Below, piece after piece: positions 18,001-36,000 of a stretch of 64,000 bases of DNA. The stretch comes from Eledone cirrhosa (Eukaryota). Location of the stretch: NCBI GenBank assembly GCA_964016885.1, contig OZ024752.1, positions 8,494,001-8,558,000 on the forward strand. Direction: 5' to 3'. The notes below the pieces were generated by a model. That model did not search any database. It worked only from the letters and a program-made list of their open reading frames with translations, and was not told where the DNA came from. A program made the translations under genes and the position numbers. Position 1 is the first letter of the stretch; each line of letters starts with the position of its first letter.

Positions 18001-21000
18001 GATAGTGTATATATTGAGGGGACATACTAAATACTGTCACCTTACTGGGGATAGTGTATATATTGATGGGACATACTAAATACTGTCACCTTACTGGGGA
18101 TAATATATATATTGATTGGACATACTAAATACCGTCACCTTACTGGGGATTGTGTATATATTGATGGGACATACTTAGTACTGTCACCTTACTGGGGATA
18201 GTGTATATATTGATGGGACATACTTAATACTGTCACCTTACCGAGGATAGTGTATATATTGATGGGACATACTAAATACTGTCACCTTACTGGGGATAGT
18301 GTATATATTGATGGGACATACTAAATACTGTCACCTTACTGGGGATAATATATATATTGATGGGACATACTAAATACCGTCACCTTACTGGGGATAATAT
18401 ATATATTGATGGGACATACTAAATACTGTCACCTTACTGGGGATAGTGTATATATTGATGGGACATACTAAATACCGTCACCTTACTGGGGATAATATAT
18501 ATATTGATGCGACATACTTAATACTGTCACCTTACCGGGGATAGTGTATATATTGATGGGACATACTTAATACTGTCACCTTACCGAGGATAGTGTATAT
18601 ATTGATGGAACGTACTAAATACTGTCACCTTACTGGGGATAGTGTATATATTGATGGGACATGCTAAATACTGTCATCTTACTGGGGATAATATATATAT
18701 TGATGGGACATACTTAATACTGTCACCTTACCGAGGATAGTGTATATATTGATTGGGACATAATAAATACTGTCACCTTACTGGGGATAATATATATATT
18801 GATGGGACATACTAAATACCGTCACCTTACTGGGGATAATATATATATTGATGGGACATACTAAATACTGTCACCTTACTGGGGATAGTGTATATATTGA
18901 TGGGACATACTAAATACTGTCATCTTACTGGGGATAATATATATATTGATGGGACATAATACTGTCACCTTACCGGGGATAGTGTATATATTGATGGGAC
19001 ATACTTAATACTGTCACCTTACTGGGGATAGTGTATATATTGATGGGACATACTTAATACTGTCACCTTACTGGGGATAGTGTATATATTGATGGGACAT
19101 ACTAAATACTGTCACTTTACTGGGGATAGTGTATATATTGATGGGACATACTTAATACCGTCACCTTGCTGGGGATAATATATATATTGATGGGACATAC
19201 TAAATACCGTCACCTTACTGGGGATAATATATATATTGATGGGACATACTAAATACTGTCACTTTACTGGGGATAGTGTATATATTGATGGGACATACTA
19301 AATACTATCACCTTACTGGGGATAATATATATATTGATGGGACATACTAACTACTGTCACCTTACTGGGGATAATATATATATTGATGGGACACAATACT
19401 GTCACCTTACTGGGGATAATATATATATATTGATGGGACATACTAAATACCGTCACCTTACTGGGGATAGTGTATATATTGATGGGACATATTAAATACT
19501 GTCACCTTACTGGGGATAATATATATATTGATGGGACATACTAAATACTGTCACCTTACTAGGGATAATATATATCTTGATGGGACATACTAAATACCGT
19601 CACCTTACTGGGGATAGTGTATATATTGATGGGACATACTTAATACTGTCACCTAACTGGGGATAGTGTAGATATTGATGGGACATACTTAATACTGTCA
19701 CCTTACTGGGGATAGTGTATATATTGATGGGGCATACTTAATACTGTCACCTTACTGGGGATAATATATATATTGATGGGACATACTTAATACTGTCACC
19801 TTACTGGGGATAATATAAATATTGATGGGACATACTAAATACTGTCACCTTACTGGGGATAATATATATATTGATGGGACATACTAAATAGTGTCACCTT
19901 ACTGGGGATAGTATATATATTGATGGGACATACTAAATACCGTCACCTTACCGGGGATAATATATATATTGATGGGACATACTAAATACTGTCACCTTAC
20001 TGAGGAAAGTGTATATATTGATGGGACATACTAAATACTGTCACCTAACTGGGGATAGTGTATATATTGATGGGACATCCTAAATGCTGTCACCTTACTG
20101 GGGATAATATATATATTGATGGGACATACTTAATACTGTCACCTTACTGGGGATAATATATATATTGATGGGACATACTTAATAATGTAACCTTACTGGG
20201 GATAGTGTATATATTGATGGGACATACTAAATACTGTCACCTTACTGGGGATAGTGTATATATTGATGGGACATACTAAATAGTGTCACCTGACTGGGGA
20301 TAGTGTATATATTGATGGGACATACTTAATACCGTCACCTTACTGGGGATAATATATATATTGACGGGACATACTAAATACTGTCACCTTACTGGGGATA
20401 GTGTATATATTGATGGGACATACTAAATACTGTCACCTTACTGGGGATAGTGTATATATTGATGGGACATACTTAATACTGTCACCTTACTGGGGATAGT
20501 GTCAATATTGAGGGGACATACTAAATACTGTCACCTTACTGCGGATAGTGTATATATTGATGGGACATACTAAATACTGTCACCTTACTGGGGATAATAT
20601 AAATATTGATGGGACATACTTAATACTGTCACCTTACTGGGGTTAATATATATATTGACGGGACATACTTAATACTGTCACCTTACTGGGGATAATTTAT
20701 ATTTTGATGGGACATAATACTGTCACCTAACTGGGGATAGTGTATATATTGATGGGACATACTTAATACTGTCACTTTACTGGGGATAATATATATATAT
20801 TGACGGGACATACTAAATACTGTCACCTTACTGGGGATAGTGTATATATTGATGGGACATACTAAATACTGTCACCTTACTGGGGATAGTGTATATATTG
20901 ATGGGACATATTAAATACTGTCACCTTACTGGGGATAATATATATATTGATGGGACATACTAAATACTGTCACCTTACTGGGGATAATATATATATTGAT

Positions 21001-24000
21001 GGGACATACTAAATACCGTCACCTTACTGGGGATAATATATATATTGATGGGACATACTAAATACTGTCACCTTACTGGGGATAGTGTATATATTGATGG
21101 GACATACTAAATACCGTCACCTTACTGGGGATAATATATATATTGATGCGACATACTTAATACTGTCACCTTACCGGGGATAGTGTATATATTGATGGGA
21201 CATACTAAATACCGTCACCTTACTGGGGATAATATATATATTGATGGGACATACTAAATACCGTCACCTTACTGGGGATAGTGTATATATTGATGGGACA
21301 TACTTAATACTGTCACCTTACCGAGGATAGTGTATATATTGATGGAACGTACTAAATACTGTCACCTTACTGGGGATAGTGTATATATTGATGGGACATA
21401 CTAAATACTGTCATGTTACTGGGGATAATATATATATTGATGGGACATACTTAATACTGTCACCTTACCGAGGATAGTGTATATATTGATGGGACATACT
21501 AAATACTGTCACCTTACTGGGGATAATATATATATTGATGGGACATACTAAATACCGTCACCTTACTGGGGATAATATATATATTGATGGGACATACTAA
21601 ATACTGTCACCTTACTGGGGATAGTGTATATATTGATGGGACATACTAAATACTGTCATCTTACTGGGGATAATATATATATTGATGGGACATAATACTG
21701 TCACCTTACCGGGGATAGTGTATATATTGATGGGACATACTTAATACTGTCACCTTACTGGGGATAGTGTATATATTGATGGGACATACTTAATACTGTC
21801 ACCTTACTGGGGATAGTGTATATATTGATGGGACATACTAAATACTGTCACTTTACTGGGGATAGTGTATATATTGATGGGACATACTTAATACTGTCAC
21901 CTTACTGGGGATAGTGTATATATTGATGGGACATACCTAATACCGTCACCTTGATGGGGATAATATATATATTGATGGGACATACTAAATACTGTCACTT
22001 TACTGGGGATAGTGTATATATTGATGGGACATACTAAATACTATCACCTTACTGGGGATAATATATATATTGATGGGACATACTAACTACTGTCACCTTA
22101 CTGGGGATAATATATATATTGATGGGACACAATACTGTCACCTTACTGGGGATAATATATATATTGATGGGACATACTAAATACCGTCACCTTACTGGGG
22201 ATAGTGTATATATTGATGGGACATATTAAATACTGTCACCTTACTGGGGATAATATATATATTGATGGGACATACTAAATACTGTCACCTTACTAGGGAT
22301 AATATATATCTTGATGGGACATACTAAATACCGTCACCTTACTGGGGATAGTGTATATATTGATGGGACATACTTAATACTGTCACCTAACTGGGGATAG
22401 TGTAGATATTGATGGGACATACTTAATACTGTCACCTTACTGGGGATAGTGCATATATTGATGGGGCATACTTAATACTGTCACCTTACTGGGGATAATA
22501 TATATATTGATGGGACATACTTAATACTGTCACCTTACTGGGGATAATATAAATATTGATGGGACATACTAAATACTGTCACCTTACTGGGGATAATATA
22601 TATATTGATGGGACATACTAAATACTGTCACCTTACTGGGGATAGTGTATATATTGATGGGACATACTAAATAGTGTGACCTTACTGGGGATAGTATATA
22701 TATTGATGGGACATACTAAATACCGTCACCTTACTGGGGATAATATATATATTGATGGGACATACTAAATACTGTCACCTTACTGAGGAAAGTGTATATA
22801 TTCATGGGACATACTAAATACTGTCACCTAACTGGGGATAGTGTATATATTGATGGGACATCCTAAATGCTGTCACCTTACTGGGGATAATATATATATT
22901 GATGGGACATACTTAATACTGTCACCTTACTGGGGATAATATATATATTGATGGGACATACTTAATAATGTAACCTTACTGGGGATAGTGTATATATTGA
23001 TGGGACATACTAAATACTGTCATCTTACTGGGGATAAGAGAAATATTGATGGGACATACTTAATACTGTCATTTTACTGGGGATAGTGTATATATTGATG
23101 GGACATACTAAATACCGTCACCTTACTGGGGATAGTGTATATATTGATGGGACATACTAAATACCGTCACCTTACTGGGGATAGTGTATATATTGATGGG
23201 ACATACTAACTACTGTCACCTTACTGGGGATAATATATATATTGATGGGACACAATACTGTCACCTTACTGGGGATAATATATATATTGATGGGACATAC
23301 TAAATACCGTCACCTTACTGGGGATAATATATATATTGATGGGACATACTAAATACTGTCACCTTACTGGGGATAGTGTATATATTGATGGGACATACTA
23401 AATACTGTCATCTTACTGGGGATAATATATATATTGACGGGACATAATACTGTCACCTTACCGGGGATAGTGTATATATTGATGGGACATACTTAATACT
23501 GTCACCTTACTGGGGATAGTGTATATATTGATGGGACATACTTAATACTGTCACCTTACTGGGGATAGTGTATATATTGATGGGACATACTAAATACTGT
23601 CACTTTACTGGGGATAGTGTATATATTGATGGGACATACTTAATACTGTCACCTTACTGGGGATAGTGTATATATTGATGGGACATACTTAATACCGTCA
23701 CCTTGCTGGGGATAATATATATATTGATGGGACATACTAAATACTGTCACTTTACTGGGGATAGTGTATATATTGATGGGACATACTAAATACTATCACC
23801 TTACTGGGGATAATATATATATTGATGGGACATACTAAATACTGTCACCTTACTGGGGATAGTGTATATATTGATGGGACATACTAAATACTGTCATCTT
23901 ACTGGGGATAATATATATATTGATGGGACATAATACTGTCACCTTACCGGGGATAGTGTATATATTGATGGGACATACTTAATACTGTCACCTTACTGGG

Positions 24001-27000
24001 GATAGTGTATATATTGATGGGACATACTTAATACTGTCACCTTACTGGGGATAGTGTATATATTGATGGGACATACTAAATACTGTCACTTTACTGGGGA
24101 TAGTGTATATATTGATGGGACATACTTAATACTGTCACCTTACTGGGGATAGTGTATATATTGATGGGACATACTTAATACCGTCATATTACTGGGGATA
24201 ATATATATATTGATGGGACATACTAAATACTGTCACTTTACTGGGGATAGTGTATATATTGATGGGACATACTAAATACCGTCACCTTACTGGGGATAAT
24301 ATATATATTGATGGGACATACTAAATACTGTCACTTTACTGGGGATAGTGTATATATTGATGGGACATACTAAATACTATCACCTTACTGGGGATAATAT
24401 ATATATTGATGGGACATACTAAATACTGTCACTTTACTGGGGATAGTGTATATATTGATGGGACATACTAAATACCGTCACCTTACTGGGGATAATATAT
24501 ATATTGATGGGACATACTAAATACTGTCACTTTACTGGGGATAGTGTATATATTGATGGGACATACTAAATACTGTCACCTTACTGGGGATAGTATATAT
24601 ATTGATGGGACATACTAAATACTGTCACTTTACTGGGGATAGTGTATATATTGATGGGACATACTAAATACTATCACCTTACTGGGGATAATATATATAT
24701 TGATGGGACATACTAAATACTGTCACCTTACTGGGGATAGTGTATATATTGATGGGACGTACTAAATACTGTCATCTTACTGGGGATAATATATATATTG
24801 ATGGGACATAATACTGTCACCTTACCGGGGATAGTGTATATATTGATGGGACATACTTAATACTGTCACCTTACTGGGGATAGTGTATATATTGATGGGA
24901 CATACTTAATACTGTCACCTTACTGGGGATAGTGTATATATTGATGGGACATACTAAATACTGTCACTTTACTGGGGATAGTGTATATATTGATGGGACA
25001 TACTTAATACTGTCACCTTACTGGGGATAGTGTATATATTGATGGGACATACTTAATACCGTCACCTTGCTGGGGATAATATATATATTGATGGGACATA
25101 CTAAATACTGTCACTTTACTGGGGATAGTGTATATATTGATGGGACATACTAAATACCGTCACCTTACTGGGGATAATATATATATTGATGGGACATACT
25201 AAATACTGTCACTTTACTGGGGATAGTGTATATATTGATGGGACATACTAAATACTATCACCTTACTGGGGATAATATATATATTGATGGGACATACTAA
25301 ATACTGTCACTTTACTGGGGATAGTGTATATATTGATGGGACATACTAAATACCGTCACCTTACTGGGGATAATATATATATTGATGGGACATACTAAAT
25401 ACTGTCACTTTACTGGGGATAGTGTATATATTGATGGGACATACTAAATACTGTCACCTTACTGGGGATAGTATATATATTGATGGGACATACTAAATAC
25501 TGTCACTTTACTGGGGATAGTGTATATATTGATGGGACATACTAAATACCGTCACCTTACTGGGGATAATATATATATTGATGGGACATACTAAATACTG
25601 TCACTTTACTGGGGATAGTGTATATATTGATGGGACATACTAAATACTGTCACCTTACTGGGGATAGTATATATATTGATGGGACATACTAAATACTGTC
25701 ACTTTACTGGGGATAGTGTATATATTGATGGGACATACTAAATACTATCACCTTACTGGGGATAATATATATATTGATGGGACATACTAAATACTGTCAC
25801 TTTACTGGGGATAGTGTATATATTGATGGGACATACTAACTACTGTCACCTTACTGGGGATAATATATATATTGATGGGACACAATACTGTCACCTTACT
25901 GGGGATAATATATATATTGATGGGACATACTAAATACCGTCACCTTACTGGGGATAGTGTATATATTGATGGGACATATTAAATACTGTCACCTTACTGG
26001 GGATAATATATATATTGATGGGACATACTAAATACTGTCACCTTACTAGGGATAATATATATCTTGATGGGACATACTAAATACCGTCACCTTACTGGGG
26101 ATAGTGTATATATTGATGGGACATACTTAATACTGTCACCTAACTGGGGATAGTGTAGATATTGATGGGACATACTTAATACTGTCACCTTACTGGGGAT
26201 AGTGTATATATTGATGGGGCATACTTAATACTGTCACCTTACTGGGGATAATATATATATTGATGGGACATACTTAATACTGTCACCTTACTGGGGATAA
26301 TATAAATATTGATGGGACATACTAAATACTGTCACCTTACTGGGGATAATATATATATTGATGGGACATACTAAATAGTGTCACCTTACTGGGGATAGTA
26401 TATATATTGATGGGACATACTAAATACCGTCACCTTACCGGGGATAATATATATATTGATGGGACATACTAAATACTGTCACCTTACTGAGGAAAGTGTA
26501 TATATTGATGGGACATCCTATATGCTGTCACCTTACTGGGGATAATATATATATTGATGGGACATACTTAATACTGTCACCTTACTGGGGATAGTGTATA
26601 TATTGATGGGACATACTAAATATTGTCACCTTACTGGGGATAGTGTATATATTGATGGGACATACTAAATACTGTCACCTTACTGGGGATAGTGTATATA
26701 TTGATGGGACATACTAAATAGTGTCACCTGACTGGGGATAGTGTATATATTGATGGGACATACTTAATACCGTCACCTTACTGGGGATAATATATATATT
26801 GACGGGACATACTAAATACTGTCACCTTACTGGGGATAGTGTATATATTGATGGGACATACTAAATACTGTCACCTTACTGGGGATAGTGTATATATTGA
26901 TGGGACATACTTAATACTGTCACCTTACTGGGGATAGTGTATATATTGAGGGGACATACTAAATACTGTCACCTTACTGGGGATAGTGTATATATTGATG

Positions 27001-30000
27001 GGACATACTAAATACTGTCACCTTACTGGGGATAATATAAATATTGATGGGACATACTTAATACTGTCACCTTACTGGGGATAATATATATATTGATGGG
27101 ACATACTAAATACAGTCACCTTACTGGGGATAATATATATATTGATGGGACATAATACTATCACCTTACTGGGTATAATATAAATATTGATGGGACATAC
27201 TAAATAATGTCACCTTACTGGGGATAATATATATATTGATGGGACATACTTAATACTGTCACCTTACTGGGGATAGTGTATATATTGATGGGACATACTA
27301 AATACTGTCACCTTACTGGGGATAGTGTATATATTGATGGGACATACTAAATACTGTCACCTTACTGGGGATAATATATATATTGATGAGACATACTAAA
27401 TAGCGTCACCTTACTGGGGATAATATATATATTGATGGGACATACTAAATACTGTCACCTTACTGGGGATAGTGTATATATTGATGGGACATACTAAATA
27501 CCGTCACCTTACTGGGGATAATATATATTGATGCGACATACTTAATACTGTCACCTTACCGGGGATAGTGTATATATTGATGGGACATACTAAATACCGT
27601 CACCTTACTGGGGATAATATATATATTGATGGGACATACTAAATACCGTCACCTTACTGGGGATAGTGTATATATTGATGGGACATACTTAATACTGTCA
27701 CCTTACCGAGGATAGTGTATATATTGATGGAACGTACTAAATACTGTCACCTTACTGGGGATAGTGTATATATTGATGGGACATGCTAAATACTGTCATC
27801 TTACTGGGGATAATATATATATTGATGGGACATACTTAATACTGTCACCTTACCGAGGATAGTGTATATATTGATGGGACATACTAAATACTGTCACCTT
27901 ACTGGGGATAATATATATATTGATGGGACATACTAAATACCGTCACCTTACTGGGGATAATATATATATTGATGGGACATACTAAATACTGTCACCTTAC
28001 TGGGGATAGTGTATATATTGAGGGGACATACTAAATACTGTCATATTACTGGGGATAATATATATATTGATGGGACATAATACTGTCACCTTACCGGGGA
28101 TAGTGTATATATTGATGGGACATACTAAATACTGTCACCTTACTGGGGATAGTGTATATATTGATGGGACATACTAAATACTGTCATATTACTGGGGATA
28201 ATATATATATTGATGGGACATAATACTGTCACCTTACCGGGGATAGTGTATATATTGATGCGACATACTTAATACTGTCACCTTACCGGGGATAGTGTAT
28301 ATATTGATGGGACATACTAAATACCGTCACCTTACTGGGGATAATATATATATTGATGGGACATACTAAATACCGTCACCTTACTGGGGATAGTGTATAT
28401 ATTGATGGGACATACTTAATACTGTCACCTTACCGAGGATAGTGTATATATTGATGGAACGTACTAAATACTGTCACCTTACTGGGGATAATATATATAT
28501 TGATGGGACATACTTAATACTGTCACCTTTCCGAGGATAGTGTATATATTGATGGGACATACTAAATACTGTCACCTTACTGGGGATAATATATATATTG
28601 ATGGGACATACTAAATACCGTCACCTTACTGGGGATAATATATATATTGATGGGACATACTAAATACTGTCACTTTACTGGGGATAGTGTATATATTGAT
28701 GGGACATACTAAATACTATCACCTTACTGGGGATAATATATATATTGATGGGACATACTAAATACTGTCACTTTACTGGGGATAGTGTATATATGGATGG
28801 GACATACTAAATACTGTCACCTTACTGGGGATAATATATATATTGATGGGACACGTTTAATACTGTCACCTTACTGGGGATACTGTATATATTGATGGGA
28901 CATACTAAATACTGTCACCTTACTGGGGATAGTGTATATATTGAAGGGACATACTAAATACTGTCACCTTACTGGGGATAATATATATATTGATGGGACA
29001 TACTAAATACTGTCACCTTACTGGGGATAATATATATATTGATGGGACACGTTTAATACTGTCACCTTACTGGGGATACTGTATATATTGATGGGACATA
29101 CTAAATACTGTCACCTTACTGGGGATAGTGTATATATTGAAGGGACATACTAAATACTGTCAGCTTACTGGGGATAGTGTATATATTGATGGGACATACT
29201 TAATACTGTCACTTTACTGGGGATAATATATATATTGATGGGACATACTAAATACTGTCAGCTTACTGGGGATAATATATATATTGCTGGGACATACTTA
29301 ATACTGTCACCTTACTGGGGTTAATATATATATTGACGGGACATACTTAATACTGTCACCTTACTGGGGATAATATATATATTGATGGGACATACATAAT
29401 ACTGTCACCTTACTGGGGATAATATATATATTGATGGGACATACATAATACTGTCACCTTACTGGGGATAATATATATATTGATGGGACATACTTAATAC
29501 TGTCACCTTACTGGGGATAATATATATATTGCTGGGACATACTTAATACTGTCACCTTACTGGGGATAATATATATATTGATGGGACATACATAATACTG
29601 TCACCTTACTGGGGATAATATATATATTGATGGGACACATTTAATACTGTCACCTTACTGGGGATACTGTATATATTGATGGGACATACTAAATACTGTC
29701 ACTTTACTGGGGATAGTGTATATATGGATGGGACATACTAAATACTGTCACCTTACTGGGGATAATATATATATTGATGGGACATACTAAATACTGTCAC
29801 CTTACTGGGATAGTGTATATATTGATGGGACATACTAAATACTGTCACCTTACTGGGGATAGTGTATATATTGATGGGACATACTAAATACTGTCAGCTT
29901 ACTGAGGATAATATATATATTGATGGGACATACTAAATACTGTCACCTAACTGGGGATAGTGTATATATTGATGGGACATACTAAATACTGTCAGCTTAC

Positions 30001-33000
30001 TGGGGATAATATATATATTGATGGGACATACTTAATACTGTCACCTTACTGGGGATACTGTATATATTGATGGGATATAGTAAATACTGTCACCTTACTG
30101 GGGATAGTGTATATATTGATAGGACATATTTAATATTGTCACCTTACTGGGGATAATATATATATTGATGGGACATACTTAATACTGTCACCTTACCGGG
30201 GATAGTGTATATATTGATGGGACATACTAGATACTGTCACCTTACTGGGGATAGTGTATATATTGAAGGGACATACTAAATACAGTCACCTTACTGGGGA
30301 TAATATATATATTGATGGGACATACTTAATAATGTCACCTTGCTGGGGATAGTGTATATATTGATGGGACATACTAAATACTGTCACCTTACTGGGGATA
30401 GTGTATATATTGATGGGACATACTAAATAGTGTCACCTTACTGGGGATAGTATAAATATTGATGGGACATACTTAATACCGTCACCTTGCTGGGGATAAT
30501 ATATATATTGATGAGACATACTAAATACCGTCACCTTACTGGGGATAATATATATATTGATGGGACATACTAAATACTGTCACTTTACTGGGGATAGTGT
30601 ATATATTGATGGGACATACTAAATACTGTCACCTTACTGGGGATAATATATATATTGATGGGACATACTAAATACTATCACCTTACTGGGGATAATATAT
30701 ATATTGATGGGACATACTAAATACTATAACCTTACTGGGGATAATATATATATTGATGGGACATACTAAATACTATCACCTTACTGGGGATAATATATAT
30801 ATTGATGGGACATACTAAATACTGTCACCTAACTGGGGATAGTGTATATATTGAAGGGACATACTAAATACCGTCACCTTACTGGGGATAATATATATAT
30901 TGATGGGACATGCTTAATACTGTCACCTTACTGGGGATAGTGTATATATTGATGGGGCATACTTAATACTGTCACCTTACTGGGGATAATATATATATTG
31001 ATGGGACATACTAAATACCGTCACCTTACTGGGGATAATATATATATTGATGGGACATGCTTAATACTGTCACCTTACTGGGGATAGTGTATATATTGAT
31101 GGGGCATACTTAATACTGTCACCTTACTGGGGATAATATATATATTGATAGGACATACTACTGTCACCTTACTGGGGATAGTGTGTATATATTGATGGGA
31201 CATACTTAATACTGTCACCTTACTGGGGATAATATATATATTGATGGGACATACTTAATACTGTCACCTTACTAGGGTTAATATATATATTGATGGGACA
31301 TACTTAATACTGTCACCTTACTGGGGATAGTGTATATATTGATGGGACATACTAAATAATGTCACCTTACTGGGGATAATATATATATTGATGGGACATA
31401 CTAAATACTGTCACCTTACTGGGGATAGTGTGTATATATTGATGGGACATACTTAATACTGTCACCTTACTGGGGATAGTGTATATATTGATGGGACATA
31501 CTAAATACTGTCACCTTACTGGGGATAGTGTATATATTGATGGGACATACTAAATACTGTCAACTTACTTGGGATAATATATATATTGATGGGACACGTT
31601 TAATACTGTCACCTTACTGGGCATACTGTATATATTGATGGGACATACTAAATACTGTCACCTTACTGGGGATAGTCTATATATTGATGGGACATACTAG
31701 ATACTGTCACCTTACTGGGGATAGTGTATATATTGAAGGGACATACTAAATACAGTCACCTTACTGGGGATAATATATATATTGATGGGACATACTTAAT
31801 ACTGTCACCTAACTGGGGATAGTGTAGATATTGATGGGACATACTTAATACTGTCACCTTACTGGGGATAGTGTATATATTGATGGGGCATACTTAATAC
31901 TGTCACCTTACTGGGGATAATATATATATTGATGGGACATACTTAATACTGTCACCTTACTGGGGATAATATAAATATTGATGGGACATACTAAATACTG
32001 TCACCTTACTGGGGATAATATATATATTGATGGGACATACTAAATAGTGTCACCTTACTGGGGATAGTATATATATTGATGGGACATACTAAATACCGTC
32101 ACCTTACCGGGGATAATATATATATTGATGGGACATACTAAATACTGTCACCTTACTGAGGAAAGTGTATATATTGATGGGACATACTAAATACTGTCAC
32201 CTAACTGGGGATAGTGTATATATTGATGGGACATCCTAAATGCTGTCACCTTACTGGGGATAATATATATATTGATGGGACATACTTAATAATGTAACCT
32301 TACTGGGGATAGTGTATATATTGATGGGACATACTAAATACTGTCACCTTACTGGGGATAGTGTATATATTGATGGGACATACTAAATACTGTCACCTTA
32401 CTGGGGATAGTGTATATATTGATGGGACATACTAAATAGTGTCACCTGACTGGGGATAGTGTATATATTGATGGGACATACTTAATACCGTCACCTTACT
32501 GGGGATAATATATATATTGACGGGACATACTAAATACTGTCACCTTACTGGGGATAGTGTATATATTGATGGGACATACTAAATACTGTCACCTTACTGG
32601 GGATAGTGTATATATTGATGGGACATACTTAATACTGTCACCTTACTGGGGATAGTGTATATATTGAGGGGACATACTAAATACTGTCACCTTACTGGGG
32701 ATAGTGTATATATTGATGGGACATACTAAATACTGTCACCTTACTGGGGATAATATAAATATTGATGGGACATACTTAATACTGTCACCTTACTGGGGTT
32801 AATATATATATTGACGGGACATACTTAATACTGTCACCTTACTGGGGATAATTTATATTTTGATGGGACATAATACTGTCACCTAACTGGGGATAGTGTA
32901 TGTATTGATGGGACATACTTAATACTGTCACTTTACTGGGGATAATATATATATATTGACGGGACATACTAAATACCGTCACCTTACTGGGGATAGTGTA

Positions 33001-36000
33001 TATATTGATGGGACATACTAAATACTGTCACCTTACTGGGGATAGTGTATATATTGATGGGACATATTAAATACTGTCACCTTACTGGGGATAATATATA
33101 TATTGATGGGACATACTAAATACCGTCACCTTACTGGGGATTGTGTATATATTGATGGGACATACTTAATACTGTCACCTAACTGGGGATAGTGTAGATA
33201 TTGATGGGACATACTTAATACTGTCACCTTACTGGGGATAGTGTATATATTGATGGGGCATACTTAATACTGTCACCTTACTGGGGATAATATATATATT
33301 GATGGGGCATACTTAATACTGTCACCTTACTGGGGATAATATATATATTGATGGGACATACTTAATACTGTCACCTTACTGGGGATAATATAAATATTGA
33401 TGGGACATACTAAATACTGTCACCTTACTGGGGATAATATATATATTGATGGGACATACTAAATACAGTCACCTTACTGGGGATAATATATATATTGATG
33501 GGACATAATACTATCACCTTACTGGGTATAATATAAATATTGATGGGACATACTAAATAATGTCACCTTACTGGGGATAATATATATATTGATGGGACAG
33601 ACTTAATACTGTCACCTTACTGGGGATAGTGTATATATTGATGGGACATACTAAATACTGTCACCTTACTGGGGATAGTGTATATATTGATGGGACATAC
33701 TAAATACTGTCACCTTACTGGGGATAATATACATATTGATGAGACATACTAAATAGCGTCACCTTACTGGGGATAATATATATATTGATGGGACATACTA
33801 AATACTGTCACCTTACTGGGGATAGTGTATATATTGATGGGACATACTAAATACCGTCACCTTACTGGGGATAATATATATATTGATGCGACATACTTAA
33901 TACTGTCACCTTACCGGGGATAGTGTATATATTGATGGGACATACTAAATACCGTCACCTTACTGGGGATAATATATATATTGATGGGACATACTAAATA
34001 CCGTCACCTTACTGGGGATAGTGTATATATTGATGGGACATACTTAATACTGTCACCTTACCGAGGATAGTGTATATATTGATGGAACGTACTAAATACT
34101 GTCACCTTACTGGGGATAGTGTATATATTGATGGGACATGCTAAATACTGTCATCTTACTGGGGATAATATATATATTGATGGGACATACTTAATACTGT
34201 CACCTTACCGAGGATAGTGTATATATTGATGTGACATACTAAATACTGTCACCTTACTGGGGATAATATATATATTGATGGGACATACTAAATACCGTCA
34301 CCTTACTGGGGATAATATATATATTGACAGGACACACTTAATACTGTCACCTTACTGGGGATAGTGTATATATTGATGGGACATACTTAATACTGTCACC
34401 TTACTGGGGATAGTGTATATATTGATGGGACATACTAAATACTGTCATCTTACTGGGGATAATATATATATTGATGGGACATAATACTGTCACCTTACCG
34501 GGGATAGTGTATATATTGATGGGACATACTTAATACTGTCACCTTACTGGGGATAGTGTATATATTGATGGGACATACTTAATACTGTCACCTTACTGGG
34601 GATAGTGTATATATTGATGGGACATACTAAATACTGTCACTTTACTGGTGATAGTGTATATATTGATGGGACATACTTAATACTGTCACCTTACTGGGGA
34701 TAGTGTATATATTGATGGGACATACTTAATACCGTCACCTTGCTGGGGATAATATATATATTGATGGGACATACTAAATACCGTCACCTTACTGGGGATA
34801 ATATATATATTTATGGGACATACTAAATACTGTCACTTTACTGGGGATAGTGTATATATTGATGGGACATACTAAATACTATCACCTTACTGGGGATAAT
34901 ATATATATTGATGGGACATACTAAATACTGTCACTTTACTGGGGATAGTGTATATATGGATGGGACATACTAAATACTGTCACCTTACTGGGGATAATAT
35001 ATATATTGATGGGACACGTTTAATACTGTCACCTTACTGGGGATACTGTATATATTGATGGGACATACTAAATACTGTCACCTTACTGGGGATAGTGTAT
35101 ATATTGAAGGGACATACTAAATACTGTCACCTTACTGGGGATAATATATATATTGATGGGACATACTAAATACTGTCACCTTACTGGGGATAATATATAT
35201 ATTGATGGGACACGTTTAATACTGTCACCTTACTGGGGATACTGTATATATTGATGGGACATACTAAATACTGTCACCTTACTGGGGATAGTGTATATAT
35301 TGAAGGGACATACTAAATACTGTCACCTTACTGGGGATAGTGTATATATTGAAGGGACATACTAAATACTGTCAGCTTACTGGGGATAGTGTATATATTG
35401 ATAGGACATATTTAATATTGTCACCTTACTGGGGATAATATATATATTGATGGGACATACTTAATACTGTCACCTTACCGGGGATAGTGTATATATTGAT
35501 GGGACATACTAGATACTGTCACCTTACTGGGGATAATATATATATTGATGGGACATACTTAATAATGTCACCTTGCTGGGGATAGTGTATATATTGATGG
35601 GACATACTAAATACTGTCACCTTACTGGGGATAGTGTATATATTGATGGGACATACTAAATAGTGTCACCTTACTGGGGATAGTATAAATATTGATGGGA
35701 CATACTTAATACCGTCACCTTGCTGGGGATAATATATATATTGATGAGACATACTAAATACCGTCACCTTACTGGGGATAATATATATATTGATGGGACA
35801 TACTAAATACTGTCACTTTACTGGGGATAGTGTATATATTGATGGGACATACTAAATACTGTCACCTTACTGGGGATAATATATATATTGATGGGACATA
35901 CTAAATACTATCACCTTACTGGGGATAATATATATATTGATGGGACATACTAAATACTATCACCTTACTGGGGATAATATATATATTGATGGGACATACT

